DNA from: Sandaracinaceae bacterium | Lineage (GTDB): Bacteria; Myxococcota_A; Polyangia; Polyangiales; Sandaracinaceae | Direction of reading: 5' to 3' | NCBI GenBank assembly: GCA_044220955.1 | Contig: JBGAQA010000009.1 | Span: 1-39,567, forward strand | DNA length: 39,567 nucleotides | Part shown: positions 8,854-17,738 of the stretch, piece by piece | Layout: each line of letters starts with the position of its first letter | Numbering within the stretch: the first letter of the stretch is position 1 | Position numbers and translations under genes: made by a program | Notes under the pieces: generated by a model | Told to the model about the DNA's origin: nothing | Database searches by the model: none | The model's input: only the letters and a program-made list of their open reading frames with translations

Positions 8854-8870
8854 GCTCGGCGGAGCCGAGC
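8854..8870. terminator. Short hairpin between convergent genes
   Basis: GCTCGGC-GGA-GCCGAGC with no clear U-tract. Confidence 0.3.
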
Positions 8871-8896
8871 CGACACAATTGCGGATCAGGCCCGAG

Positions 8897-9592
8897 TCAG
8901 CCACGCCGGCGCAGGAGGCGACGGGCCGCCGCGAGCCAGGCGAGCGCTGCGACGAGGAGGCCGCGGGCCGACTGCGCGCTGGATGCGCCGCACGCGCAGC
9001 CGCTCGAGGGGGCCGGGGGCGTCGCGCTCGTCGCGCGCGGCACCTCCGCCACCGAGGTGGGTGCCGGCGCGGGCGCCTCGCCGGCGGGGACCACGCGCGA
9101 GGGCTCGAGCGGCGCCGGGTCGCAGCGGACCCGCGCGTCTTCCACCCACACGTCGATCCGGTGACAGCCTGCAGGCACCGCCTCGATCGACGGGCCGCCC
9201 ATCATCGCCATCGCCACGCCACTCTCCGTCGGCGCGGTGATCGGGGTCTCGTCCGCGGGCGGATCACACGGCCCCGTCACCTCCGCGAGGCGCGCGGACG
9301 GCTCGGCCGGCACGGGCGCTCCGTGACCGCCGGAGGACCACACCGCGCGCTCGCGGATCATCAGTCCGAGCACGACGTGCGCGTACCCCTCGCGGCAGAC
9401 CGCGTCCGGCGTGGCCACCGAGGGCGCGCAGTAGGCGAACTGTCCGTGCCGCATCTCGTTCGCGACCGCGGAGGCGCTTCCGCGCGGACAGTCCTCGGCG
9501 GTGGGCAGAGGGCCGATCGCGTCGGCGCGCGCGAGCGCCGGAGCGACGAGCACAGAGGCCACGAGCGCGAGCAGCCGATCGGGTGCCGTCAT
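8897..9592 (-). CDS. Secreted protein with MYXO-CTERM-type sorting tail (231 aa)
   Basis: Signal peptide ending ARA-D, paired Cys, Pro-rich linker, and C-terminal SSGCAC...LLVAALAWLAAARRLLRRRG. Confidence 0.8.
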   Translation of the reverse strand: MTAPDRLLALVASVLVAPALARADAIGPLPTAEDCPRGSASAVANEMRHGQFAYCAPSVATPDAVCREGYAHVVLGLMIRERAVWSSGGHGAPVPAEPSARLAEVTGPCDPPADETPITAPTESGVAMAMMGGPSIEAVPAGCHRIDVWVEDARVRCDPAPLEPSRVVPAGEAPAPAPTSVAEVPRATSATPPAPSSGCACGASSAQSARGLLVAALAWLAAARRLLRRRG

Positions 9593-9623
9593 CGCGGAAG
9601 CGTCTCACACCCGCGGCGCGCGC

Positions 9624-10853
9624 TCACCCGATCGAGAAGCCGATCTCCGCCATGAACCGGCGCATGTGGCGGAAGTACTCGCCGCGATCGAGGTGCAGGA
9701 GGTGGCTGCCGGGGAACCAGTGCATCTTGCAGCGGCCCCAGTGATCCCAGAGCAGGCGCGAGTGCTTGGGCGGCGCGAGCCGATCGCCCACGCCGCCGAT
9801 GATGAACAGGCGCTCGCGCGCGAGCAGCGGGCGGTACGTGAGCGGGCTCGACACCGCCAGGATCCGGCGAGCGTCCTTCACGCTGCGGCCGGCGAGCGCG
9901 AGCGCGGCGCGCACGTACTCGGCGATCGGGTGCCACTCGAGCACCAGGTCCGCGATGCTCGTCACGGGCACGTTGGGGATCGCCATCTCGAGCCGCGGCT
10001 CGATGCACGCGAGCAGCGCGGTCGTGAAGCCCCCGAGGCTCACGCCGGTCGCGCCGACCTTCGGCACGCCGAGCTCGTCCATCAGGTGATCGATGAAGAT
10101 CCGGATGTCGAAGATGCCCTGCGCGAACGCCTCGTTGATCCCCGAGGGCCCCTTCGAGAAGAAGCCGTGTCCGCTGAAGGGCGAGAGCGCGCCCTGCCGT
10201 GGCCCGTGGAAGGGGAGCGTCGCGAGCAGCACGTCGTAGCCCTCGCGGTAGAGCCATGGGATCGCGAAGAACCACTCGTTCAGGTGATAGAGGTCGGCGC
10301 TGAAGCCGTGGATCGCGATCACCGTCGGCCGCGGCTTGCCCGCATGGCGCCAGTGGCGCGCGTGCGCGTAGCGGTTGGGTCGCCCCGCGAGGTAGCGCTC
10401 GCGGATGCGCGCGTTGAGCGGCACGTAAGGGCTCTCGAAGCGCAGATCCTCGCACACGCCACCGTCGCTCGGACGGAAGAGCGGCATGCGCGCGCGGCGC
10501 TTGAGCATCGGCACGCGGCGCGGCGGTCGCGCGAAGAAGCGCGTCGCGTCACCGCTCTCGGCCATCGGCCCGTAGAGCGAGAGATCGTCGAGCGAGCGGA
10601 GCATCTCGAGCGGGTGGTAGCCGACCGGGAGCGCGAGCGCGCCGACGAGCGAGGCGCCGATGGTCCGCAGGACGACGTCCGTGCCCGCGACCACGCCGAC
10701 GCGCGCACGGTCGGTCAGCGCGAGGTCGAAGCGCTCTTCTTTGCGCGAGAAATCCGCGTCGAGCTCGTCCCACCAGGGCGCGTCCCCGCGCAGTCCCGAG
10801 GGCTCGGTGGGCCCGACGTGCGCGATGCGAGAGACGATCGCCGAACGGCTCAT
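9624..10853 (-). CDS. Alpha/beta hydrolase (resembles the ABHD18/DUF2048 group)
   Basis: IHGF oxyanion motif, LPFHGPRQ, nucleophile elbow GVSLGG, GDRLAP (Asp) and FPGSH (His). Confidence 0.85.
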   Translation of the reverse strand: MSRSAIVSRIAHVGPTEPSGLRGDAPWWDELDADFSRKEERFDLALTDRARVGVVAGTDVVLRTIGASLVGALALPVGYHPLEMLRSLDDLSLYGPMAESGDATRFFARPPRRVPMLKRRARMPLFRPSDGGVCEDLRFESPYVPLNARIRERYLAGRPNRYAHARHWRHAGKPRPTVIAIHGFSADLYHLNEWFFAIPWLYREGYDVLLATLPFHGPRQGALSPFSGHGFFSKGPSGINEAFAQGIFDIRIFIDHLMDELGVPKVGATGVSLGGFTTALLACIEPRLEMAIPNVPVTSIADLVLEWHPIAEYVRAALALAGRSVKDARRILAVSSPLTYRPLLARERLFIIGGVGDRLAPPKHSRLLWDHWGRCKMHWFPGSHLLHLDRGEYFRHMRRFMAEIGFSIG

Positions 10854-10859
10854 GCGGCG

Positions 10860-10964
10860 TGAGACACTCTACACGACCGCAGAAAATAGGCCCATTCTTG
10901 CGTGACACACGATGTAACACGACGTGTTTCGATTTCCCTTGCGCGACGAGTCACCGCGTGACAC
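10860..10964. promoter_or_regulatory. Divergent promoter region with repeated GTNACAC boxes (candidate RHH operator)
   Basis: GTGACAC 10902-10908, GTAACAC 10914-10920, inverted GTGTTTC 10924-10930, GTCAC-CGC-GTGAC 10950-10962 and GAGACAC 10861-10867. Confidence 0.5.
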
Positions 10965-10974
10965 AAACATCCCT

Positions 10975-11517
10975 GTGAGCGACGAAGACCGCGAGAAGGA
11001 CGACAGGGACGAGGCCGCGCCGAAGAAGGAGCGCGTGCTTCATACGCGCGTCCCCGCCGTGCTCGAAGAGGAGCTGAAGCGCCTCGCGACCGCGCTTCGC
11101 ATGCCGGTCTCGAACCTCGTCCGGGCCGTCCTCGAGGACGCGGTCGACGCCGTCGAGGTCGTGGGCGAGCGCGCGGAGGGCGAGCTCAAGGGCATCGTCT
11201 CGCGCATCCACCACCAGCGCGAGACGCTGCGTGGCGCCGTGCAGACGTCCGCGCGCGAGAAGAGCGCCGAGGCGGCGAAGGCCGAGAAGGTCGTCGATGC
11301 GGCGGCGGTCACGAGCGAGCCCGTCTGCCCGGCGTCCTCGCCCGCGCTCGACGGCGTCGTCGGCGTGCAGCGCCTCACGCTCATCGCCGACTCCAAGTGC
11401 ACCGTCTGCGGCAAGGATCTGCCGCGTGGAACCGAGGCCTGTCGCGGCGTGCGCGACGAGGCCGGACCCAAGCTCCTGCTCGGGCCGCGCTGCGGCCTGC
11501 TCCCGCCCGGCGCCTAG
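10975..11517 (+). CDS. Ribbon-helix-helix-like DNA-binding protein with helical linker and C-terminal Cys (Zn-finger-like) domain
   Basis: RVLHTRVPAVLEEELKRLATALRMPVSNLVRAVLE fits the RHH pattern. C-terminus CTVCG...EAC...PRC. GTG 10975 is preferred over 10924, which lies inside the repeat boxes. Confidence 0.7.
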   Translation: MSDEDREKDDRDEAAPKKERVLHTRVPAVLEEELKRLATALRMPVSNLVRAVLEDAVDAVEVVGERAEGELKGIVSRIHHQRETLRGAVQTSAREKSAEAAKAEKVVDAAAVTSEPVCPASSPALDGVVGVQRLTLIADSKCTVCGKDLPRGTEACRGVRDEAGPKLLLGPRCGLLPPGA

Positions 11518-11609
11518 CGCTGCGCGAAACAGATGACCTCCGGGCGCGCGCTCTCCGAGCGACGCGGACGGAGACCTGCGTCCGAAACCCGAACCGAGAA
11601 GAGGCCACC

Positions 11610-11858
11610 ATGTCGAACGAGATCAGCACCACCGAGCGCACCGAGTCCACGACGCCGAAGACCGACGCGGCCGTCGAGCAGGTCGTGGACAGCGCCGTCG
11701 AGCTGGGCCGCCTCTGGGCCAAGCACGGCCTGACGATCGGCAAGCTCGCGCTCGAGACGAGCGCGATCTCGCTCGGCACGACCGCCCGCATGCTCGCGAG
11801 CCTCGCCGACGCGCTCGCGCCCGAGCACAAGGACGAGCCCACGCCGCAGAAGGCCTGA
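11610..11858 (+). CDS. Small helical hypothetical protein (82 aa)
   Basis: GAAGAGG SD before ATG 11610, typical high-GC3 codons and an amphipathic helical sequence. Confidence 0.75.
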   Translation: MSNEISTTERTESTTPKTDAAVEQVVDSAVELGRLWAKHGLTIGKLALETSAISLGTTARMLASLADALAPEHKDEPTPQKA

Positions 11859-11868
11859 TCCGCGCGAG

Positions 11869-11912
11869 CGGCGCTCGAGGTCTGCGTCGCCGGGCGCGGA
11901 CCTCGAGCGCCG
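11869..11912. terminator. Long hairpin between convergent genes, probable terminator
   Basis: 20-bp stem CGGCGCTCGAGGTCTGCGTC / GGCGCGGACCTCGAGCGCCG with two G-U pairs and a 4-nt loop, followed by GCCTTT. Confidence 0.7.
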
Positions 11913-11925
11913 GCCTTTGAACCCC

Positions 11926-13059
11926 TCAGCGAGTGAGCGCGCGCCAGGCGCGAGCGAGCAAGTCCGCCGCATCGCGGACGTCGTCGAGCGTCGTCGTACG
12001 ACCGACCGAGACGCGGACGGTTCCGAGCGCCTCGCTCGGGTCGATGCCCATCGCGACGATCGCCGCGGGGGCCGTGTCGTGCCCGCCGTGACACGCCGAG
12101 CCCGTGGAGGCAGCCACCTCGGGCGTGCGCGCGAGCAGACTCGCACCGCTCACCCTCGGGAAGCGCAGGCTCAACGTGTTCGGCAGCCCCGACTCCGGAT
12201 CACCGTGGCGTGCGATCCCGGGCACGCTCGCCTCGAGCGAGGTCCAGAGCGCGTGGCAGAGCGATCGCATCTTCGGACCCACGACGTGCAGATCGCTCGT
12301 CGCCGCCGTGCAGGCGGCCCCGAGCCCGACGATACCTGCGACGTTCTCCGTGCCAGGACGCAAGCCCCGCTCGTGGCTCGCGCCGTACTGGAGCCGCGAG
12401 AGCGCGATCCCGGCTCGCACGTAGAGCGCGCCCACCCCCTTGGGCGCGCCGAACTTGTGGCCCGCGATCGAGAAGAGATCGACGTCGAGCTCGTCCACCC
12501 GAGCCGGGATCTTGCCCAGCGACTGCGCCCCGTCGGCGTGCACGAGCGCCCCGACCGCCCGTGCGCGTGCGGCGATCTCGGTGACGGGCTGCACGACGCC
12601 GGTCTCGTTGTGCGCGTGGATGACGGTCACCAGACGCGTCGGCCCTCGGAGCGCGAGAGCGAGCGCATGCAGGTCGACGTGCCCGCCCCGATCCGTGCCG
12701 ACACGCCTCACCCGCGCGCCGCTTCGCTCGAGGTGCGCACACGGCTCCGCGGTCGCCGGGTGCTCGATCGTCGTCGTCACGACGCCTGCGGTCTGGTCGT
12801 GCGTGCTCGTCGTCCCGAGGATGGCGAGGTTGCTCGCCTCCGTTCCGCCCGACGTGAAGACGATCTCCTCCGGCCGCGCTCCGATCGCGACGGCGACCTG
12901 CATCCGGGCTTCCTCGACCGCCGCCCGAGCGCGACGACCGAAGACGTGCGAGCTCGAGGGGTTGCCGAAGTGCTCCGTGAGATAGGGCTCCATCGCCGCC
13001 CGCACGGCGGGCGCGATGGGTGTCGAGGCGTTGTGATCCAGGTAGATGGGCGCCCGCAT
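11926..13059 (-). CDS. Cysteine desulfurase, IscS/NifS group I (PLP)
   Basis: YLDHNASTP, GNPSS, FTSGGTE, HNETG, PLP lysine in GHKFGAPKG and catalytic Cys in STGSACH. Confidence 0.93.
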   Translation of the reverse strand: MRAPIYLDHNASTPIAPAVRAAMEPYLTEHFGNPSSSHVFGRRARAAVEEARMQVAVAIGARPEEIVFTSGGTEASNLAILGTTSTHDQTAGVVTTTIEHPATAEPCAHLERSGARVRRVGTDRGGHVDLHALALALRGPTRLVTVIHAHNETGVVQPVTEIAARARAVGALVHADGAQSLGKIPARVDELDVDLFSIAGHKFGAPKGVGALYVRAGIALSRLQYGASHERGLRPGTENVAGIVGLGAACTAATSDLHVVGPKMRSLCHALWTSLEASVPGIARHGDPESGLPNTLSLRFPRVSGASLLARTPEVAASTGSACHGGHDTAPAAIVAMGIDPSEALGTVRVSVGRTTTLDDVRDAADLLARAWRALTR

Positions 13060-14004
13060 TCAGCCAGCCCAGCTCCTCATCCACGCCGTGCCACGATAGC
13101 GGTCCCAGCCGTCGGGCAGGATGGTGACGACCGGCCCGTCCACGTCGTGCCGCGCGGCCACCCGGAGCGCTGCGGCCACGTTGGTGCCGGCGGAGCCTCC
13201 GACGAAGAGCCCCTCCTCGTGCGCGAGCCGCCGCGCGACCTCGAAGCTCTCGGCGTCGCTCACGGACTCGGCGCCATGGATCACCGAGCGATCGAGCAGC
13301 TCGGGCGGCTCGCTCGCGCCGATGCCCTCGACCGCGTACGAGCGATCCGGGCCGACGACGCCGGTCTCGACATAGGACGCGAGCCCGGAGCCGATGGGAT
13401 CGGCGAGCACGACGCGGGCGCGAGGCGCTTCACGAGCGAGCACGCGGCCCACGCCCGTGATGGTCCCGCCCGTACCCGCGCCGGCGACGAACGCGCCCAC
13501 GCGCCCGCCCGTCTGTCGCAGGATCTCCATCGCCGTCGTCTGCTCGTGCGCGCGGACGTTGGCCGGGGCGCGGAACTGATCGGTGAGGAACCAGCGGTTC
13601 TCCACCGCGAGTCGCTCCGCCACGCGCCGGAAGTTGTCCGGGCTCGAGGGGGGCGCGTTCGGCGTGATGACGACCCGGACGCGGAGTGCGGACAGCGCGA
13701 TCCGCTTCTCGTGCGCCATCTTCTCGGGCATCACGCACACGAGGCCATACCCGCGGCATGCCGCGACGAGGGCCAGACCGATGCCCGTGTTTCCGGCGGT
13801 CGCCTCGATCATGGTCATGCCCGGACGCAGCACGCCTCGCTTCTCCGCGTCGTCGACGATCGCCAGCGCGATGCGATCCTTCACGCTCCCGCCCGGGCTC
13901 ATGTGCTCGCACTTCGCGAGGATCGGGCTCCGGAGACCCGCGCCGATCCGCGTGAGCTCGACGAGAGGCGTCTGGCCGATGTGCTCGAGGATGGTGCTGG
14001 ACAT
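13060..14004 (-). CDS. Cysteine synthase / cystathionine beta-synthase family PLP enzyme
   Basis: IGQTPLV, PGGSVKDR, EATAGNTG, GAGTGGT, VEGIG and GGSAG. Confidence 0.92.
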   Translation of the reverse strand: MSSTILEHIGQTPLVELTRIGAGLRSPILAKCEHMSPGGSVKDRIALAIVDDAEKRGVLRPGMTMIEATAGNTGIGLALVAACRGYGLVCVMPEKMAHEKRIALSALRVRVVITPNAPPSSPDNFRRVAERLAVENRWFLTDQFRAPANVRAHEQTTAMEILRQTGGRVGAFVAGAGTGGTITGVGRVLAREAPRARVVLADPIGSGLASYVETGVVGPDRSYAVEGIGASEPPELLDRSVIHGAESVSDAESFEVARRLAHEEGLFVGGSAGTNVAAALRVAARHDVDGPVVTILPDGWDRYRGTAWMRSWAG

Positions 14005-14048
14005 GATGCCGCGCGGTCGAGGTCACTCTCCGCCGTGATGGACGCGCG

Positions 14049-14069
14049 GCCGAGCGCCACGCGCTCGGC
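14049..14069 (-). terminator. Intra-operon hairpin directly after the SQR-like gene
   Basis: Perfect 9-bp stem GCCGAGCGC-CAC-GCGCTCGGC abutting the stop codon, with no U-tract. Confidence 0.4.
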
Positions 14070-15227
14070 TCAGAGCATCCTGTGGAGCCACGACTTCTCG
14101 AAGAGTACCTTAGCGAGGTGCCAGCGCCGACGTGGCGCGCGGATCTTCACGCTCGGGCGGGGCTCGGCGTAGAAGTCACCGCCGCCCATCCCGGCCTTTC
14201 CGCCGCCGATCTCGATGAAGCACTGGCCGCGGCCGTCGAAGCGCGCGCTGGGCGTGCCGCCGCGCACGGCCGCGGCGATGTTGCGCGCCACGACCTCGGC
14301 CTGGCCGTGGGCGAAGACGCCGGCCTTCGGAAGGGGCTTGCCCAGGGTGAGCGGGATCGAGACGGCATCGCCGATCGCGTAGACGCCCCTGAAGCGTGTG
14401 CGCAGCGAGTGACGATCGACCGAGATCCAGCCCGTGTCGCTCGCGAGGGCGCTCTCGCGGACCACCCGCGGCGCCCGATGGGGCGGCACGAACGCGAGCA
14501 CGTCGAACTCGGCGTGCGAGCCGTCGCTGAACTCCAGCCGGCGGGCGCGCGGGTCGACCGATCGGACCTGATGGTCCGGGCGGTACGCGATGTCCTTGGC
14601 GGCGAGGAGCTGCTCGACCGCGCCGGACATCTCCGGGCCGGCGACGCCCATGGGCCGCGGCTCGGCGGCGTGCACCTCGATCGTCACGGCGTGGCGGAGC
14701 CCACGCTCGCGGAAGTACGCATCGACCAGGAGCGCCGTCTCGTAGGGCGCCGCCGGGCACTTGTACGAGGGCGCCGCAGTCAAGATGACGACGCGTCCCC
14801 TCGACGTGCGCGCGAGCGCGCCGCGGAGATCCTCCGCGCCGGACAGCGTGTAGAAGTCGTGGCCAGCCTCGGCGAGCCCGGGGACCAGCTCCGGCGCGAG
14901 CTCGGCCCCGAGCGCGACGACGAGGTGGTCCGCGTCGAGCGTCTCGCCGCCCACGGACACGCGGCGCCTCTCGGCGTCGATGCTCTCGATCTCGCCGCAG
15001 CGCACCTCGATGCCCTTGCGCTCGAGGCCTCGGAGCGGCCGCGAGATGCTCGCGGCATCACGGCGACCCACCAGGAGCCAGACCAAGGACGGGGCGAAGA
15101 CGTGCTGCCGCTCCCGGTCGACGATCACGACGCGATGCTGCTTCGGCAGTCGCTTGCGGAGCGCGTGCGCCGCGACCAGGCCTCCGATGCCGCCGCCAAG
15201 AACCAGGACCGTCTCGGGGCCGCTCAT
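14070..15227 (-). CDS. Sulfide:quinone oxidoreductase-like FAD-dependent oxidoreductase (385 aa)
   Basis: Start ATG 15227 overlaps the dsrE stop. Motifs VLGGGIGG, YKCPAAPYE, VYAIGD, LPKAGVFA and GQCFIEIG, plus a C-terminal amphipathic HLAKVLFEKSWL. Confidence 0.85.
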   Translation of the reverse strand: MSGPETVLVLGGGIGGLVAAHALRKRLPKQHRVVIVDRERQHVFAPSLVWLLVGRRDAASISRPLRGLERKGIEVRCGEIESIDAERRRVSVGGETLDADHLVVALGAELAPELVPGLAEAGHDFYTLSGAEDLRGALARTSRGRVVILTAAPSYKCPAAPYETALLVDAYFRERGLRHAVTIEVHAAEPRPMGVAGPEMSGAVEQLLAAKDIAYRPDHQVRSVDPRARRLEFSDGSHAEFDVLAFVPPHRAPRVVRESALASDTGWISVDRHSLRTRFRGVYAIGDAVSIPLTLGKPLPKAGVFAHGQAEVVARNIAAAVRGGTPSARFDGRGQCFIEIGGGKAGMGGGDFYAEPRPSVKIRAPRRRWHLAKVLFEKSWLHRML

Positions 15228-15580
15228 CAGAAGACCAGCGCCTTGTCGGCCCACTGGGTCCACGCCGCGAGCTCGTCGAGCGTGCTCCGCTTCACACCCT
15301 CGGCGAGCTCCGAGTCGGCGATCCCCCGCGCGTCCATGCACGTGCCGCAGACACCGATCGCCGCGCCGTGATTGGCGGAGGACTTCAACATCACCTCGAC
15401 GTTGTAGAAGCCCGGCGGGACCTTCTGGTGCGCCTTGCCGCACGCGGCGCCGTCGCCGACGAGGAACACCTTCACTTCCTCGCCTTCGCGCTTCGCAAGC
15501 GCGCCCGCCAGTCGCAACGCGTTGTAGCTGCGCTCGCTGCCGTAAGGCGCGTCGTTGACGATGAAGAGAGTCTTGCTCAT
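15227..15580 (-). CDS. DsrE-family sulfur carrier (YchN-like, 117 aa)
   Basis: LFIVNDAPYGSERSYNALRLA, VFLVGDG, VCGTCMDARG and WADKALVF. Start ATG 15580. Confidence 0.9.
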   Translation of the reverse strand: MSKTLFIVNDAPYGSERSYNALRLAGALAKREGEEVKVFLVGDGAACGKAHQKVPPGFYNVEVMLKSSANHGAAIGVCGTCMDARGIADSELAEGVKRSTLDELAAWTQWADKALVF

Positions 15581-15581
15581 G

Positions 15582-17003
15582 TCATCCGTCCTTCGATCGA
15601 CCGCCTTCGGGGAGCTTCGGTGCACGATGCGCGGGCGCCTCGGGCGGCATGTTGATCGCGTGCAACACCTCGCCGCGCGGGAACGCGTCGCGCGAGCGCA
15701 CGGCGAGGCCGATGGCGCCTGGCAGCAGCCCCAGCAGACCCGCACGGTCCGGTCCCGCGAGGGCGCCCGGCGCGGACACGCGCCGGTTCGTCTCGTCCAT
15801 GCGCAGCGCAGCGAGTAGCCCGGAGGCGAACGTCAACACGGCCACGGTCCACATCGCGCTGGGGAGCCCGAGCAGGTCGGCGAGCGCGCCGGCGAGGAGC
15901 GCGCCGATCGCGTACCCGAGGTCACGCCAGAGCCGGTACACCCCCACGGACGACGCGCGCCAGCTCGGGTGCGCGACGTCGCCGATCACCGCGAGCAGCG
16001 TCGGGTACACCATCGCAGTGCCGACCCCGAGGAGCACGGCGCCGCTCCCGAAGCCCGAGAAGCCGCTCGCGGTGATCACGACCGCGATCCCGAGCGCCTG
16101 CACCCACATGCCCCACACGATGAGCCACTTGCGTCCGATCCGATCCGAGAGCGCTCCCGTGACGAGCTGCGCGAGGCCCCACGTCGCCGGATAGATCGCG
16201 GACAGCACGCCGACCTGCGCGATGGTCATGCGCGCCGCGGCGAAGAAGAGCGGGAACAGCCCCCACGCCATGCCGTCGTTCAGGTTGTTCACGAGGCCCA
16301 CCTGCGTCGCGCTCGACAGGTTTCGATCGCGGAGCGTGGTCTTCCAGAAGAGCGCGCGCTGCGAGAGGGTCTCGCTCGGCGCGCTCGCTCGGCTCTCCGC
16401 GAGGGCGTGGTGCTTGGTCTCGCGAACGAGGACGCCCGAGAGCCCGAGCCCGAGGATGACGAGAGCGACGCCCAGGTAGAACGGCTCCGGTCGAAGGTGG
16501 TACGCGCTCGCGACCCAGCCTGTCGCGAGCGCCGACCCCGCGACGGCGAGGTAGCCCGCGAACTCGTTCAGGCCCATCGCGAGACCACGCCGCTCGGGGC
16601 CCGCGAGATCGATCTTCATGATCACCGTGGTCGACCACGTGAGCCCCTGGCTGACGCCGAGCAGCCCGTTGGCGAACAGGATCCAGCCCCAGGACGGGGC
16701 CCACATCAGGAGGAAGGGCACCGGGATCGCGACGAGCCAACCACCGACCAGCACCGTCTTGCGGCCGTAGCGATCCGAGAGCCGGCCCGCGAGGTAGTTC
16801 GTCAGCGCCTTCGACACGCCGAACACGACGATGAAGGAGAGGATGGCGGTGCGCGCGGCGAGCGCGAAGTCCGCCTCGGCGATCGCGGGCAGGATGCTGC
16901 GCTCCATGCCGATCATCGCGCCGACGAAGGCGTTCACGACGACGAGCAGCGAGAACTGCCCGAGGTTCGCGCGCAGCCCGAGCCGGACGGGCCGCCCGCT
17001 CAC
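15582..17003 (-). CDS. MFS transporter (473 aa) with extended C-terminal tail
   Basis: GTG 17003 overlaps the upstream stop. About 12 TM helices, with motif A twice (GRLSDRYGRK, GALSDRIGRK). Confidence 0.9.
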   Translation of the reverse strand: MSGRPVRLGLRANLGQFSLLVVVNAFVGAMIGMERSILPAIAEADFALAARTAILSFIVVFGVSKALTNYLAGRLSDRYGRKTVLVGGWLVAIPVPFLLMWAPSWGWILFANGLLGVSQGLTWSTTVIMKIDLAGPERRGLAMGLNEFAGYLAVAGSALATGWVASAYHLRPEPFYLGVALVILGLGLSGVLVRETKHHALAESRASAPSETLSQRALFWKTTLRDRNLSSATQVGLVNNLNDGMAWGLFPLFFAAARMTIAQVGVLSAIYPATWGLAQLVTGALSDRIGRKWLIVWGMWVQALGIAVVITASGFSGFGSGAVLLGVGTAMVYPTLLAVIGDVAHPSWRASSVGVYRLWRDLGYAIGALLAGALADLLGLPSAMWTVAVLTFASGLLAALRMDETNRRVSAPGALAGPDRAGLLGLLPGAIGLAVRSRDAFPRGEVLHAINMPPEAPAHRAPKLPEGGRSKDG

Positions 17004-17728
17004 GCGCGGCCCTGGTTCGCGCGCAGGATCAGCGCCATCTCCGCGGGCTTCGGCGGCACGTCCGCGAGCGCCGCGACGAGCTCCTCCCTCGTCTTGTCGA
17101 GCATCGGGTTCCACCGGCGCTCGAACGCGATGGTGCTCGAGGGCTTGCCGCTCATGCCGGCGCCGCACAACGAGCCCGCGAAGTGCGCCGGGTACACCTC
17201 GACGTCTCCGGCGAGCTTCAGGATCTTGCCGTGCAAGGAATCGTAGAGCTGACTCGCGTTCGCCTCGGCGTGTCCGGGCAGATCGGGCCGCCCGACCGCG
17301 CCGACGAAGAGCGTGTCGCCCGTCAGCACGAACCACGGGTCGGTCCCACGTCGCAGGTCCGTCACGACGAGCGAGATGCTCTCCGCCGTGTGCCCTGGCG
17401 TGTGCATCACCGTGATTCGCACGTTGCCGAGCGCGATCTCCTGCCCCTCGCGCAGGCGCTCGAAGGGCACGTCGACGTCGGCGGACTCGTGAAGGCAGTA
17501 CGGGGCGCCGACCCTCGCCGCGAGCGCAGGGCCGCCCGAGCGGTGATCGGCGTGGACGTGCGTGTCGATCACGTGCGTGATGCTCATGCCCTTGCTGCGC
17601 GCGAGCTCGACGTAGGCGTCGAGATCGTCCTCGTGTGCGTCGACCACCGCGCACTTGCCGAGACCGCCGCAGCCCAACAGGTACGCCGCGCAGCCGGTCT
17701 CGAAGTGGTAGTAGGGCTTGAAGATCAT
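17000..17728 (-). CDS. MBL-fold persulfide dioxygenase (ETHE1/Blh-like)
   Basis: DTHVHADH, HTPGHT, LTGDTLFVG, GRPDL and YPAH. GAGGAG SD. Confidence 0.88.
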   Translation of the reverse strand: MIFKPYYHFETGCAAYLLGCGGLGKCAVVDAHEDDLDAYVELARSKGMSITHVIDTHVHADHRSGGPALAARVGAPYCLHESADVDVPFERLREGQEIALGNVRITVMHTPGHTAESISLVVTDLRRGTDPWFVLTGDTLFVGAVGRPDLPGHAEANASQLYDSLHGKILKLAGDVEVYPAHFAGSLCGAGMSGKPSSTIAFERRWNPMLDKTREELVAALADVPPKPAEMALILRANQGRA

Positions 17729-17738
17729 GGCTCGCTCC

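Noticed and set aside
11917..14172. 751-aa plus-strand ORF and similar long Arg-rich ORFs across the sulfur cluster
   Set aside because: Antisense or off-frame shadows of clear minus-strand genes.
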